A stretch of DNA of 64,000 nt from Azolla caroliniana (taxonomy: Eukaryota > Plantae > Polypodiophyta): assembly GCA_043228905.1 (NCBI GenBank), contig JBHGNT010000003.1, positions 17,484,001 through 17,548,000 of the forward strand. Reading direction: 5' to 3'. The position numbers and the translations under genes were made by a program. The notes beneath the pieces were generated by a model. That model was not told where the DNA came from. It made no database searches and worked only from the letters and a program-made list of their open reading frames with translations. Shown piece after piece: positions 14,009-26,566 of the stretch (the stretch's first letter is position 1; every line of letters begins with the position of its first letter).

Positions 14009-14021
14009 CACTATCTCCCCC

Positions 14022-17000
14022 TTAAAGACGACGAGTGGAACGAGTCGGCGCTAATTGCGGACCGGGTTTGTCCGGATACTTTCGGTGGAAATCAGCAAGA
14101 AGATCTTGTGCATTGGCAACATTCTCGACGGGTTCCCAAGTACGTTCGCTCGGACTATAACCGAGCCAATCGACCAAGTAATAAAGTTTGTTGCGAACAA
14201 GTTTGGAATCGAGGATGGCAGCAACTTCATACTCCGGGCCGGCGTCCAACTCCAGCGGGGGCGGCGGTGGTGTCACACGATCGGGAATGGTGCTTGCTTT
14301 ATAAGGTTCAAGAAGAGAACAATGGAAAACCGGATGTATCTGAAGCTGCGGAGGGAGATCCAGGCGGAAGGTGACATCATTAATCTTCCCCGTAATACGG
14401 AAAGGACCGAGTCGTCGATAATCCAACTTGTCGCACGGTCGAGTAGTCTTGATGTGACGACGTAAGAGCCATACTCGATCTCCGATGGCAAAAGAGGAGG
14501 GAATCCGATGACGATCCGCATAAGTCTTCTGTGTGTGTTGAGCATGACGAAGGTGAGTAGAGAGATCCATCTGGATCTTGCGTAGCCTCTCCAAATGGTC
14601 CTCGGCACGAGGGTTGGTAGGTAGCTCCGGAGTGTCGATCACTGACTAGCGAGGATGGAAACCGGTATAAGCGAGAAATGGGGAGACCCGAGTCGAGGAG
14701 TGAATAGCATTATTATACGCAAACTCTGCAAAGTGGAGAATCTCAGCCCAATCGTCCTGTTGATAACTCAGGAAACACCGGAGATATTGCTCTAACGTTT
14801 GGTTTGTTCGTTCCGCCTGTCCGTCAGTTTGAGGATGGTAGCCGGAGGAGAGGTTGCAGGAGACCTTGAGCATCCTGAAGAGATGCTGCCAAAATTTGGA
14901 GACAAATTGCGGGCCTCGGTCACTGATAATACTGTCTGGTAGGCCATGATGCCGAAATACCTCACGCATAACAAGAGCGGCGGTTTCCTCGCTAGTGATG
15001 GCTTTAGTACATGGCACAAAATGTGCCATCTTCGTATATCGATCGACGACTGTTAGGATAGCATCGAACCCCTTCGAGACCGGCAGATCTGTGATAAAAT
15101 CAAGACAAATAGACTGCCATGGCTTACTTGGAATTGGTAAAGGTTCCAACAAGCCATATGGATGGTGTCGTGGCATCTTTGCTCGGCAGCAAGCATCATA
15201 GGTCCGAACGTAGTCGTCGACAAAACGGCGCATGTGGGGCCACCAAAAAGATCGCTGCACTAACTCCAACGTCTTGGTACTACCGAAATGTCCCGCCGTA
15301 TGGGTGTCGTGACAATGTTGGACGATTTGAAGGCGACAGGAGCAATCGGGGACATATACGCGCTTTTTAAAGAATAACAAACCATCATGATATTCGAATT
15401 GTCGGTAGTCAATACCTGGTTGTTGAGATTGAGAACAGGATGCCCGAGAAGTATCAATGTGCGCCAGGATGTCTTGAGCAAAACTATCCGTCTTCAAGGT
15501 TGCACGTATGTCATCGGTAATCCGTGAATCCATCGGGGTGTGAAAAATCCGCGTCGTGTGCAATCGTGTTGGTCCCAAGATTACTTGCTTTTGATTATCA
15601 AATGTTGCGTCACCAGGACGAGGTGCAAGATATGAACGTTGTGATAGTGCATCTGCTTTTCCTTGCTGCTTCCCCGGTCGATATGTGATTTCAAAGTTGA
15701 AACACGTGAGGAATTGCGCCCACCGAGCTTGTCGTCGATTTAGTACACGAGCGTTCTGAAAATAAGCAAGATTTTTATGATCGCTAAAGACAATGACCTG
15801 ATGTGGAGAGCCCTCTAAGAAATGCCGCCATTGTACAAATGAATCCACGATGGCTAATAACTCCTTGTCATGTATTTCGTAGTTGATTTCTGCGACATTG
15901 AATTTGCGCGAATGGAAAGCCACCGGATGCAACTCTTCTTTATCGCCTTGTTGAGAAAGGATGCTACCAAGGGCGAAATCTGATGCGTCGGCCTCCATGA
16001 TGAATGGTTTGCTTGTATCCACATGAGCTAGAATCGGTGCTGATGTAAAGGCTTTCTTAAGATGCCGAAAAGCCATATCTGCTTCGATGGACCAAAGAAA
16101 TGCTTGGCCCTTCTTCGTAAGTTGTGTGAGAGGTAAAATAATCTTCGAGTAATCCTGTATAAACTTACGGTAGAAGTTAGCAAAGCCTAGAAAACATTGT
16201 ACATCTCGTACCGACCGTGGAATTTGCCACTCTAGTACAGTTTGGATTTTAGCTGGATCCATGGCGATGCCCTTTGAGGAGATGACGTAGCCTAGAAATT
16301 CCACTTGCTTGCAGTCAAAGCTACATTTCTCTAGCTTGGCATAAAGACCATTCTCACGGAGTCGCTTTAGTACTAATAGTACATGAGAATCGTGCTCTTC
16401 CTGGGTCTTCGAATAAATCAACAAATCATCCAGATAAATGATCAAACAGATATCCAAGAGGTCTCTGAATATATCATTTGCCATGTGTTGGAAGACTGCG
16501 GGTGCATTGGTTAGGCCAAACGGCATAACAGTATACTCGAAATGCCCATACCGCGTGCGAAAAGCGGTCTTCCACTCATCTCCCGGTCAGATCCGCACGA
16601 GATTATACGCTCCTCGTAGGTCGATTTTAGTAAAAAACTTGGCACCATTAACTCGCTCTAAAAGACTTGATATAAGAGGAAGTGCATACCTATTCCGGAT
16701 GGTGACTTTATTCAATCCGCGGTAATCAACGACAAGACGAAGTGAGCCATCTTTCTTCTTGATAAAGAAGATGGGTGCACCGGCCGGAGATTTCGAATGA
16801 CGGATGAACCCGCTTGCCAAGTTCTCCTCTATGTAGGCTCGAAGGACTTCTAACTCGGTGGGTGACAAGTTGTAAATTGGTCCCCATGGTGGCTCGGTTC
16901 CTGGTTGTAAATCGATGGGACAGTCATAGGGACGGTGATGAGGAAGGGTACCGGCTTTTACCTTGTCAAATACATCGGCATAAGGATGATATTTTGCCGG

Positions 17001-17594
17001 AAGTTGTATTGAGGAGTCCTTCTTAATAGTGCTAGAAGGATGTACTGATATGGCAAATAGGAACATTGCCTCCTTGGGTCCTTCTTCGCGTAGTTGATGG
17101 AGTGAAATGGTCGAAACTCGGTGAGTTGATTCTTGGGGTGGTCGATATCGGACTTCTCTTGTTCTCCAATCTATGGCTGGATTATGTAATTCAAGCCAAG
17201 GTAATCCTAGGACAATGGGATGCTCTGGACTACTAATTATATTAAATGATATTATACACACAAAACTACCTAGGACAACTTGAATGGGTTCTGATTCTTC
17301 TACAATATTCCCGGAAGCAATGGGACGACCATCAATGACCACTACAGATGCGGGACAAGGAAGTTTTCTTAAGGATATCTTAGAAGCTTGGGCAAAATTT
17401 CGATCCATGAAACAGGAATTAGCTCCGGAATCTAAAAGTGCTAGGACGGGTACTGGGGGAGTACTTTTAGTACTAACAATGACTTGGGCTAGGAACACAT
17501 TGCTAACTTGCTTGGAAGGAATGGAACCACTAATGGGCTGTACAGATCTAGGGCTGCTGTCCAACCAAATGGCTCCTATTTTGGCTGGACTCAA
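14022..17594 (-). pseudogene. Pol (PR-RT-RH-INT-chromodomain) with only two in-frame stops
   Basis: LLDSGA, YLDDL, DASDFA, CHD..AGHFG, SDRGPQF, GPF, and chromodomain EYEVAAIL..YLVDWLGY..TWEP. The three ORFs share one frame, broken by TGA at 16587 and TAG at 14646. Confidence 0.95.
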
Positions 17595-18748
17595 TCGTTT
17601 AACTCTTCATCTAATTGACTAAGGATTTCAAATTTATTTGAGATACTTGGGCTATTAGTACTATGAATACTATCTGACACTCTATTAGTACTATTAATAC
17701 TATCAGACACTCCGAAGGGAAGAATTGACTCGGGTTTAGTACAGGCGACGATTTGATTTACCTGTCTTCTTGGCCTATGGGGACAATTGATGGCAATATG
17801 TCCTGGTCCACCGCAATAAAGACATAATCGATTGGCACGTCGTCGTTGCTTTTCTTCTTCCGATAACGGGCCGCGTCGACGCATGGTATCGATCTCCATT
17901 GGTGTCGAAGTATTTGCTTGAGGTATGTCTCGTGTAAACGGTTTAGCCGCGACTGCGGCGTAAGTGGGCTCTGGCCTAGAGCGTGGTATCTGTAATTGAC
18001 GTTCTGAACGCCGTTCAAAAAGGCGGTTGTCACATCGAACTGCTCGACTGATTGCCTCCGTAAGAGACTTTGGTTCTTCGGGGAAAGTTAGAAGTAGATC
18101 TTTGACATCGTTTCGCAAGCCATAGCGAAACTGCTCCATTAGTGCTTGATCATCCCAGGGTATATCTGAAGCAAGTAGGCAGAAATCCGCCGCATAGGCA
18201 GAGGCTGGACGATCGCCTTGACGCAATCGCCGGATCTTGTTGATCGCCGTCCTGATGCTGTCGGTGTCTCCAAAGAAGGCTTTAAACTCACCAATAAAAT
18301 CTTCAAAGTTATTAAGTAAGGGTGATTGTTTTTCTAGAAGCGGAGCAAACCATGCCAAGGCTGAGCCGCTAAGTAGCGTGCCTATTAGGCCGACTCGAGA
18401 TGCATCAGTGGGATATCGGGAAGGATGCATCTGGATGACTAAGCGTACCTGATTAAGGAATCCCCGGAATTGCGAACGCGTTCCATCAAATTTCACAGGA
18501 AGTCCAATCTTGGGCTCTTTATGAAATCCTTGGGGACTGGATCCTTGTTGTTGCAACGCTGCTTCGAGTTGTTGTACCCGTAACGCTAACTCCCCATGTT
18601 GTTGTTGCGTTTGTTGTTTTTCCAGAGCGATTTGTTGTAGATTCCCTATCAACCGTTGGTTTTCTTGTTCCAGGGCAACAAACTTTTCTTTTAGGCACTG
18701 TAGCTCGGAGAAAACGGATTGGTATTCTTGGGCGCTAACAGTAGCCAT
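17591..18748 (-). CDS. Gag (retrotrans_gag domain plus CCHC knuckle) of the Tcn1-like element
   Basis: Open 385-aa ORF with PVKFDGTRSQFRGF, PMEID and CLYCGGPGHIAINC. Pol starts in another frame next to a candidate slippery site GTTAAAC (17597-17603). Confidence 0.93.
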   Translation of the reverse strand: MATVSAQEYQSVFSELQCLKEKFVALEQENQRLIGNLQQIALEKQQTQQQHGELALRVQQLEAALQQQGSSPQGFHKEPKIGLPVKFDGTRSQFRGFLNQVRLVIQMHPSRYPTDASRVGLIGTLLSGSALAWFAPLLEKQSPLLNNFEDFIGEFKAFFGDTDSIRTAINKIRRLRQGDRPASAYAADFCLLASDIPWDDQALMEQFRYGLRNDVKDLLLTFPEEPKSLTEAISRAVRCDNRLFERRSERQLQIPRSRPEPTYAAVAAKPFTRDIPQANTSTPMEIDTMRRRGPLSEEEKQRRRANRLCLYCGGPGHIAINCPHRPRRQVNQIVACTKPESILPFGVSDSINSTNRVSDSIHSTNSPSISNKFEILSQLDEELND

Positions 18749-18803
18749 AGTATAGGGAAAAGGGTAGGAGGATGAGGGAGAGTGACAAGTAGGCTAGAGG
18801 AAA

Positions 18804-18817
18804 AAATTGGTTCAAAC
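18804..18817 (-). promoter_or_regulatory. Non-tRNA (self-priming) PBS GTTTGAACCAATTT
   Basis: 12 nt are complementary to AAATTGGTTCAA in the LTR (minus of 19034-19045), which lies about 26 nt downstream of TATAAAA. Confidence 0.8.
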
Positions 18818-20362
18818 TGTCAGGAATAGTACTAAAACAGAGATGGAATTAGTACTAAGAACAGCAGTACTATTAGTACTAAGAGGACGGGACTGCGTAA
18901 GATTCCCGAGAGAGGAAGTGAGAAGAGGAGAGAGAGAGAGATAGCGAGAATGAGAGAGAGAGAGAGATGATGACAACGGTTATATATTATGTGTAAAGAT
19001 AAGTACAAGCGGCTAAGAGGCTTAAGACTGGCGTTGAACCAATTTGCTTCAAAACAATGCCTTGTGCCTCCTTTTATAGTGTTTTTAGGAATAATCCTGA
19101 AGCTTCTAGAATGTTCCAGAGAGATCTGGAATATACATCAATTTTCTATGATAAAGTATAAATGAAAATAATATCCTACAAAATACAATTCATAATCTAA
19201 TGGTAAGAGCTCGACCCATGTAGCATAAAGTCATGGGTTCGAGTCTTGCCATGACACAAGCAGAGTTCTCTATTGCTTTGCATCATGTGTGAGCGATCAA
19301 CTTTTGAGCTATATTTGGGACGCCAAGACACCAAAGGATGCGTGGGCAAATCTCAGACAGATTTTTGCCGCCAGAGCAACAGCCACGAAGCTTCAGCTTA
19401 GACAGGAGCTCAGCAATGTGGCTGATTATACAACACGAATCAAGGAGATCTGTGACTCCCTCACCTCCATCAATGTGAACGTCAAGGAGGATGAAATGGT
19501 GCAAGTGTGCCTCGGAGGGTTGGCGTCGAAGTTCGAGGCATTCCGAACGGCGGTCTGCACGAGGAAGAATACGCCTTTGTTTTTCGAGCTACAATCGATG
19601 TTGCTCGTAGAAGAAAACCACTCGGGTGTGTCGACGAGTACGCACACCAACAACAAGATGCTATACACAGAGGCGGATCGGTACCGTGGTCCTGGTAGAC
19701 GAGGTGGGTCGGTGTATAATGAAGGCAGCCAACAGGAGTAGAACTCAAGGCATAATCGAAATGCCGACAATAGTTCTAGACCCTCCGCGAGTAGGGATAG
19801 TCAAGGTAGCGTTGGAGGTTGGCAAGGAAAGGCCGCAGCAGAATGTTGGTACTATGGCTGGAAGGGCCACAAAGAGAGTGAGTGCTGAAAAAAGCAAGTT
19901 GATTCGGACAAAGCCGGATCGAGCCGAGGGGACACAAATAGGCGTCAAACATCACACTATACCGGAAGGCACCCCAGCCTTCGTAATGAAGCACAAAGCC
20001 AACTCGATGGTGGTGAACACCTCAAGGTCAAACGAGGTGCAGTATGTGGATTCAAGTGCTTCGAACCACATGACGAATCACAAGGAGTGGTTCCCAACCC
20101 TGGAAAAGCCAAAGCAATCGAGGGTTATCTAAAATGGCGACGATACCCCTCACCCCATCAAACACATTAGAGATGTCCCTCTAAGCCATGTCGGTCAGAG
20201 AGGAATAGTGGGAAATGTCTTGCATGTGCCGACAATCACCAATAACTTGGTGTCAATTGGACAAATTGTTGACCAGGGCATGCAAGTTCGATTTACTCAA
20301 CTCAGGTGCTTCATAGAGGAAGAAGGTGGGAGGATGTTTATCCTCAAAACCAATGACATCGG

Positions 20363-20489
20363 TGTTACGGGCATGACCATATAATATCTTGTGGTGAGAA
20401 TTTACCATAGTATTCTCACACTTATCCACGTGTATAGAATACTACGGTAAATTCTCACCACAGGATATTATCTGGTCATGCCCGTAACA
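20363..20489. mobile_element. 127-bp palindromic mini-insertion derived from a chromovirus LTR end
   Basis: TGTTACGGGCATGACC...GGTCATGCCCGTAACA with ~54-bp arms. TSD ATCGG/ATCGA. Its reverse strand matches the first ~73 bp of the LTR starting at 56799. Confidence 0.88.
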
Positions 20490-20534
20490 ATCGAGACTGT
20501 TATGTTTGTGAAAGGGCAAAAAGTTGAATCAGAT

Positions 20535-20789
20535 TGACAGGAATATGTGGAATATAACTCGGCCACAACCGAGTCTTAGAATCAATCACAGAAAAATGGG
20601 AATAGGAAGAAATGCACATATACACACAAACAATAGAGCAAGAAAGAGTACACAGAATGTTTACGTGGAAAACCCTAAACGGGAAATAACCACGGGAGCC
20701 CACTAGCTCAAAACTATCACTATGTCTAGAAGAATACAACAGAGGAACACCGAGGCACTGAGGCAACGACCTCTTGCTCTCAATCTTTG

Positions 20790-20832
<43 letters not shown>

Positions 20833-21130
20833 ATGCAATAGTTACACATATCACTCTATACAATAGTACTGGCCTCGACTATCTTGCACACACATTTGCT
20901 CTAGGTCATATTTATACTAATATGACTTTTGGGCTTTTTACAAATATAGCCCCAAGGGGCTTACAGAGACATATTTACATATATGTCCCTTCATCCGGTG
21001 AGAGGTTCTCACCAGGCCTGCATCATCCGGTTCTCACTGAGTCTTCCTTGGCAGGTACTCATCATCCGGTTCTCACCGGGTCTGCGTTGCCGGGTACTCA
21101 TATCCCATCCGGAGGGACCGAAATCCTAAC
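20535..21130 (-). repeat. Solo LTR related to copia family B, with a (CT)n tract at 20790-20830
   Basis: Reverse complement of a B-type LTR (GTTAGGATTTCGGTCCCTCC...CCTGTCA). A2 pol resumes on both sides. The right TSD is partly deleted. Confidence 0.9.
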
Positions 21131-24100
21131 TATCGACTTGTGGCACAAGCAGTTCGGCCATGTCAACTTCCCACGACTTCAAGAAATGCATACAAAGAAC
21201 ATCGTTTTCGGGTTGCCGAAATTTAGTGGGCGAAAGGGCCAAGCTTGCAAAGCTTGCCAGTTAGGGAAGCATCATCGACTTCCATTCCCAAATGAAAGAA
21301 ATTAGAGCCAAAACAAGCTCGATTTAATGCATTCAGATATATGGGGACCGGCACAGAACATGAGTATCGGTGGGAGTCATTACCTTGTAACCTTCATCAA
21401 TGACTTCACTTGGCATACTTGGGCATGCGTGATCGAGAAGAAAAGAGAAGTCTTCTCTTGCTTCTTAAAGGTGAAGAGCTTTGTCAAATGGGAGACAAGC
21501 CGAAAGATCAAGTGCCTCAGGACTGATGGCAGAAAAGAGTATTTTTCCGACCAGTTCTCTAGCTATCTGCAGAAGGACGGAATTTGACGTGAATTCTCTT
21601 GCAGATACACATCGCAAAACGGTGTGGCTAAGCGGAAGAATCGAACGATTGAAGAAAAGGCAAGGGAAATTCTTGAGGAGAAGCATATGCCGAAGTTCTA
21701 TTGGGCCTATGTGGTCAGAACTGTCATTTACCTGTAGACTCAGACATCTGCAAATTGAGGAGTGTTGCCACACGAGTTGCACTTCAGGAAGAAGCCAAAT
21801 TTGGCACACTTGAGGATATTCAGCAGCATAGCATATGTGCATGTGCCGAAGGAGAAGCGGAGGAAGTAAGATGCCAAAGTCGAGAAGTGTATCTTGGTCG
21901 ACTACTCGGATGAGCAAAAGGGTTATAAGTGTTATAACCCCCGAATGAAAGATATCTGAGTCAATTGAGATGTTGTGTTCGACGAGTCAGCTTCGTGGTA
22001 CTTGCCCTCCTCTCCAACCCCATCAACTCCATTCCGAATTCTAAGGATGAGGCCAGTGAGGCCGAGATGTCCCTAGAGGAAGAGGAAATCGGAACACTAG
22101 AAGAGATTCTGATCTCATTTCGGCTAAGTGGGCCGAATGAGCGATAGAGTCGAAAGGACCAGCCAGATGAAGAGCCAGCGAGTAGTAGAGACTCGGTCGT
22201 GCAATCCCCGCGCCAGAAACCGAGGAGACGGTTTACGAGCAAGGAGAAGGGGAAGATGAAGATGCTAGAATATGGCAGCGAGCCTGATACATCAAATCAA
22301 AGCGAATCTGACATGGCCAAGAGCAATTAGGGACCTCTGAAACCGAGGTCGAAGTCAGCTAAGATAGCTATGAAATCGGCGAACCAGAAGTTGCCCTGAT
22401 CCACCCGCCAAAAGCATCCCATAATTCGGTATGGGTACAATGAGTATATGGCGCATCATTATGCGTATATGGCGAAGGTGGCAGAAGTGCATGAGCTGGA
22501 GAGCTACGTAGAAGTGGTGAAAGACGCCAATTGGCGGAAAGCCATGGAGGAAGAGATGCGAGCATTATCGGAAAATGAGACTTGGGACCTGGTTGACGCC
22601 CCCAAGGGTGTGAAGCCAATCGGATGCAAGTGGGTGTACAAGGTCAAGTACAATGTCGATGACTCGGTCAACCAATATATGGCTCAATTGATGGCCAAGG
22701 GCTATCCGCAAAAACGCAATATCAATTACGACGAGACCTTCGCGCCGGTCGCGAAGATGACGACCGCTCGTGTTTTGCTAACGGTAGCAGCGGCAAAGCG
22801 GTGGCATTTACATCAGATGGATGTAAAGAATGTATTCCTACAAGGCGATCTTGAGGAACAAGTATACATGGTACAACCCCCCGGATTTCTATCCGAACGA
22901 AACACATCGGCAATTTGCCGATTGAAGAAGTCATTTTATGGACTCAAGCAAGCCCCACGTGCGTGGAACGCAAAAATCACATGACGACTGCATAAGATGG
23001 GGTTTGCTCTGTCAAAATCAGACTCTTCATTGTTCATTCGGACAAGTCAAACCGGACCTATTAGCATTCTACTATATGTCAATGATCTAGTCATCATCGA
23101 CACTACCATTAGAGAAATCGGTTGAGTAAAGTCTCAGCTTTCGACATCATTCGAAATGAAGGATCTGGGGGACCTTCATTACTTCCTCAGGATCAAAGTG
23201 ATCCAAATCCCTAAAGGCATATTGATCAACCAACGTTATTATGTGCTGAATAAGCTCTTCAAGTTCGGGATGGCGGATTGTAAGTCCATCTCAACCCTTG
23301 TTGATAGAAACGTGAAACTTTGTCAAAATTTGGGAATCGCGTGCAACCTGACACGGTTCTAACAAATTGTCAGAAGCCTCATCTATTTGACGATCACTCG
23401 GCCAAACCTCAATTACCCGGTCGGCTTGATTAGTCAATTCATGTCGTAGCCAAAGACCGAACACCTTCAGTGCATGCAAAGGATATTGTGATATGTCAAC
23501 GGCACTAAGGATAGGGCGTTGATGTATCAAGCATGAGTAGCTGAGGAGTTAGTCCGCTACACGGATGTCGATTGGGCCAGAAATATCGGGGATCGCAGGT
23601 CAACATCCGGATTCGCGTTTTCATTGGAAGCGTTGCGATCGCCTAGAGCAACAAAAAGCGGCCAATAGTGGCACTATCGAGCACTGAGGCCGACTATCGA
23701 GGGGCGGTTGTCGCTATATGTGAAGCCATTTGGCTCAAAATTCTATTAAAGGATCTACAGGTGGAGGTGTCTAAATCGACAATGATATCCTGCGACAACC
23801 TCACAGCACCCAACTTATGAAGAACACCGTCTTCCACTCTTAGACAAAGCACATTGAGGTGCACTATCATTTTGTTCGCGAGCAAGTCCTCTTTGGTGAA
23901 GTCGAACTTGTTTATGTTCCGATTGATCAACAGGTTTGTTGATATCTTCACCAAACCTCTTGGCCTGGACAAGTTGTAGCATTTTTCGAGTCTGCTTGGC
24001 TTACAGTATCTCAACATGCCAAACTTGAGGGTGAGGAGTGAAGCCGAAAAGGAGAGAGACGAAGCCCGGAAAGCCGAATTGGATGAAGAATTCGATTTCG

Positions 24101-25014
24101 GCATGACTAAAGAAGTTGGAACGTCTGGATCGGCTAGAGAAGCTGAGGACGCATGGACCGATGGAAGAAGATCAACGAAGCAAAGACTAGCCACATGTAG
24201 GGCGAACGCCCAAAAGAGAGAGCCAAAGCCAAAGTCAACCAAACCAAGGGGAGGTAGAACTGAGAGAGGCAACGGAGTTGAAAAGGACAGAGCCGACCAA
24301 GTGAAGGCCAGGACCAAGACATGGGTAGATGTGGTCAAGGGCCTGAAGGAGGATGAATTGGAGACTGCCAATTCGCACAAGAGGGAACGAATCAGAAACA
24401 ATCGATTCGGTCGAGGAGTTCTATTTGGACGAATCGAATCACATGAAGGTTAGGTGGACGAGAAGGCAGTTGAAGCCAATGCCGAGACAAAGGAGCCGAC
24501 GGGTCAAGGGGCACCAATACCGCGATAGCGAGGGAGCTGAGAAGGGTTTGAGTAGTAGACATGTCGATTGTAGGGATCGAGGTGCGGGGAACCAGACGAG
24601 TTGAGGAGCGCCAGATAGGAGGGGTCATGGGACGCATGACCGGATTGGATGAGGAGCGCAAGCGAGGCGTCGGGAGGCCATGAGAGGAGGCTGAAGTGAC
24701 GAACCAGCCAAAGCTGACACGGTGGGACCTCAAGTTGAGCTTGAGGGGGAGTGTTGAGAGACAAGCTCAACATGGGTCAAATCGGCTGAAGAAGCCGAGA
24801 GCCGAGAGCCAAATCGAATGGAGTTCGATTCGGGTCTACCAAGTCGGAGGGATTCCGTTAGGCCATTGGAGGCCTATATTCCTATTTTAGTAAATAGGAA
24901 TATTATAGGCAGAATTAGTCTCAGGCTCATTTATGACCATTCAACTACCGATAGTACTTGTGTCAACCCACTTGTCAGGGCTTATATAAAAAGTGCTCAC
25001 TGAGCATAGTGTAT

Positions 25015-25400
25015 GCCCATTAATTATTGTGAACCTTTTACTGTCCATAGACGCATAAATTCATCATCCTATTGGCTCGAACTTCAACAAGGTGGCAACG
25101 TTCACCCAATGTTTCATGTAAGACATTTAAAAGAATTCTTGGGTTCTCGTGATAACATGGTTAGCATTCAAGAACTAGTGACTCTTGAGGATTTATTTTC
25201 TAAGCCTCGTGAAATTGAAAGAACTCACTCCAAAAACTAGGAATTTACGTTCTAAACAACATAGAGAATTCAAAATTAAATGGATGGATAAAAATTTGGA
25301 TGACACCATTTGGGAGATAGAGGAAAATCTCAAAACAAAATTTCCTCAAATCTCCTTGCAAGAGTGTAGTGTCTTAAAGGGAGAATATGTTATGGGCATA
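25015..25400 (+). pseudogene. Chromovirus integrase end plus chromodomain fragment, PPT and LTR start
   Basis: HPMFHVRHLK and REFKIKWMDK..TIWEIEENL, paralogous to 56362-56820. TGTTATGGGCAT at 25388. Confidence 0.85.
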
Positions 25401-25406
25401 GCTTTT

Positions 25407-25976
25407 AGTTTTAATAGGAAGGCTAGTTTATAATAAATAAATCAATGAGGAAGGACAATCATCCTAGGGTTTGAAGCAACCGAGCATGATTAACAACACG
25501 TAGGCACCTATGTGGCGGTCAAGGGGCTTTTGGCTTAACTACTTGATTTTGTCATCTCGATGGGAAACTCTAAGACTTTGGTGGTTTGGTGAAGTTCTTA
25601 TGTCAAGGCACCTACATTAATCTGAGCCAAAGTACATATCTTATTATGACCCAAAAATATTGTTAGACATAATACACACAAAGAACGAACAAGTTTTAAT
25701 AGGAAGGCTAGTTTATAATAAATAAATCAATGAGGAAGGACAATCATCCTAGGGTTTGAAGCAACCGAGCATGATTAACAACACGTAGGCACCTATGTGG
25801 CGGTCAAGGGGCTTTTGGCTTAACTACTTGATTTTGTCATCTCGATGGGAAACTCTAAGACTTTGGTGGTTTGGTGAAGTTCTTATGTCAAGGCACCTAC
25901 ATTAATCTGAGCCAAAGTACATATCTTATTATGACCCAAAAATATTGTTAGACATAATACACACAAAGAACGAACA
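25407..25976 (+). repeat. 285-bp near-perfect tandem duplication
   Basis: AGTTTTAATAGGAAGG at 25407 and 25692. Both copies end AAGAACGAACA. Confidence 0.92.
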
Positions 25977-26566
25977 TGCAATAGAGACAAAAAAGGAGAC
26001 AAAATCCTCTTTATATTATATACAGCTCAAAGTGCTACAAAAGGATTCCAATATTGGGATAAAACCAAAATGTGAGTTGGGACAAGTCAAGACGAGTTGG
26101 GACAAGCCACGACAAGTTGGGACAACTTCGCTATGATCCAAGGGGAGAGAGCACCAAGCATCAACTTCTAAAAATGAGAATGAGTGAATGAATAATCATT
26201 TCCATGCCTTCTCCTTATATAAGGCCTTCAATAGCCACTCAGACTAGTTGTTGGGCTAGTCGTTGGGGTATAAGTATTGGAACTACTAGTTGGGCCTTAG
26301 GGTGGGGGGTCCACCTCTTGGGATTAGAACTAAGCTTTCTAGTGAATCCTAGTTAGTTTTAGGACAATCTCCTAGTTGAATCAATTTCAATGCACTATAT
26401 CTCTAGAGAAAATGTGGTGGTATGGGACACTATTAGAGTTTAAGGATAGTCTCAAATTATTTGTTGAAAAGGAACAATGTCCTCAATTCTCTCTTTCTTT
26501 ATTTTCAATAATATCAATAGTTTGAGCTAATCTTAATAAGAAGACACCAAACATCGGGTCATTAAA
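25927..26566. repeat. Possible degenerate solo LTR
   Basis: Inverted ends TATTATGACCC...GGGTCATTAAA resembling TGTAATGACCC-type gypsy LTR ends, with a central TATATAA. No TSD found. Confidence 0.35.

Larger units (their letters stand above)
13572..19256 (-). mobile_element. Ty3/gypsy chromovirus, Tcn1-like, young and nearly intact
   Basis: 439-bp LTRs at 13572-14010 and 18818-19256 with about 3 differences by eye. TSD CAAGC. PPT AAGGGGGAGATAG (minus of 14011-14023). Order gag, PR, RT, RH, INT, chromodomain. Confidence 0.97.
13518..25014 (+). mobile_element. Older A-family copia (A2). 5' end cut by hAT, 3' LTR truncated, interrupted by three insertions
   Basis: Gag at 13518-13571 resumes at 19262. 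Degenerate pol runs to about 24600. PPT TTGAGGGGGAG at 24741-24751. LTR TGTTGAGAGACAAGC from 24752, broken near 25014. Confidence 0.88.
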
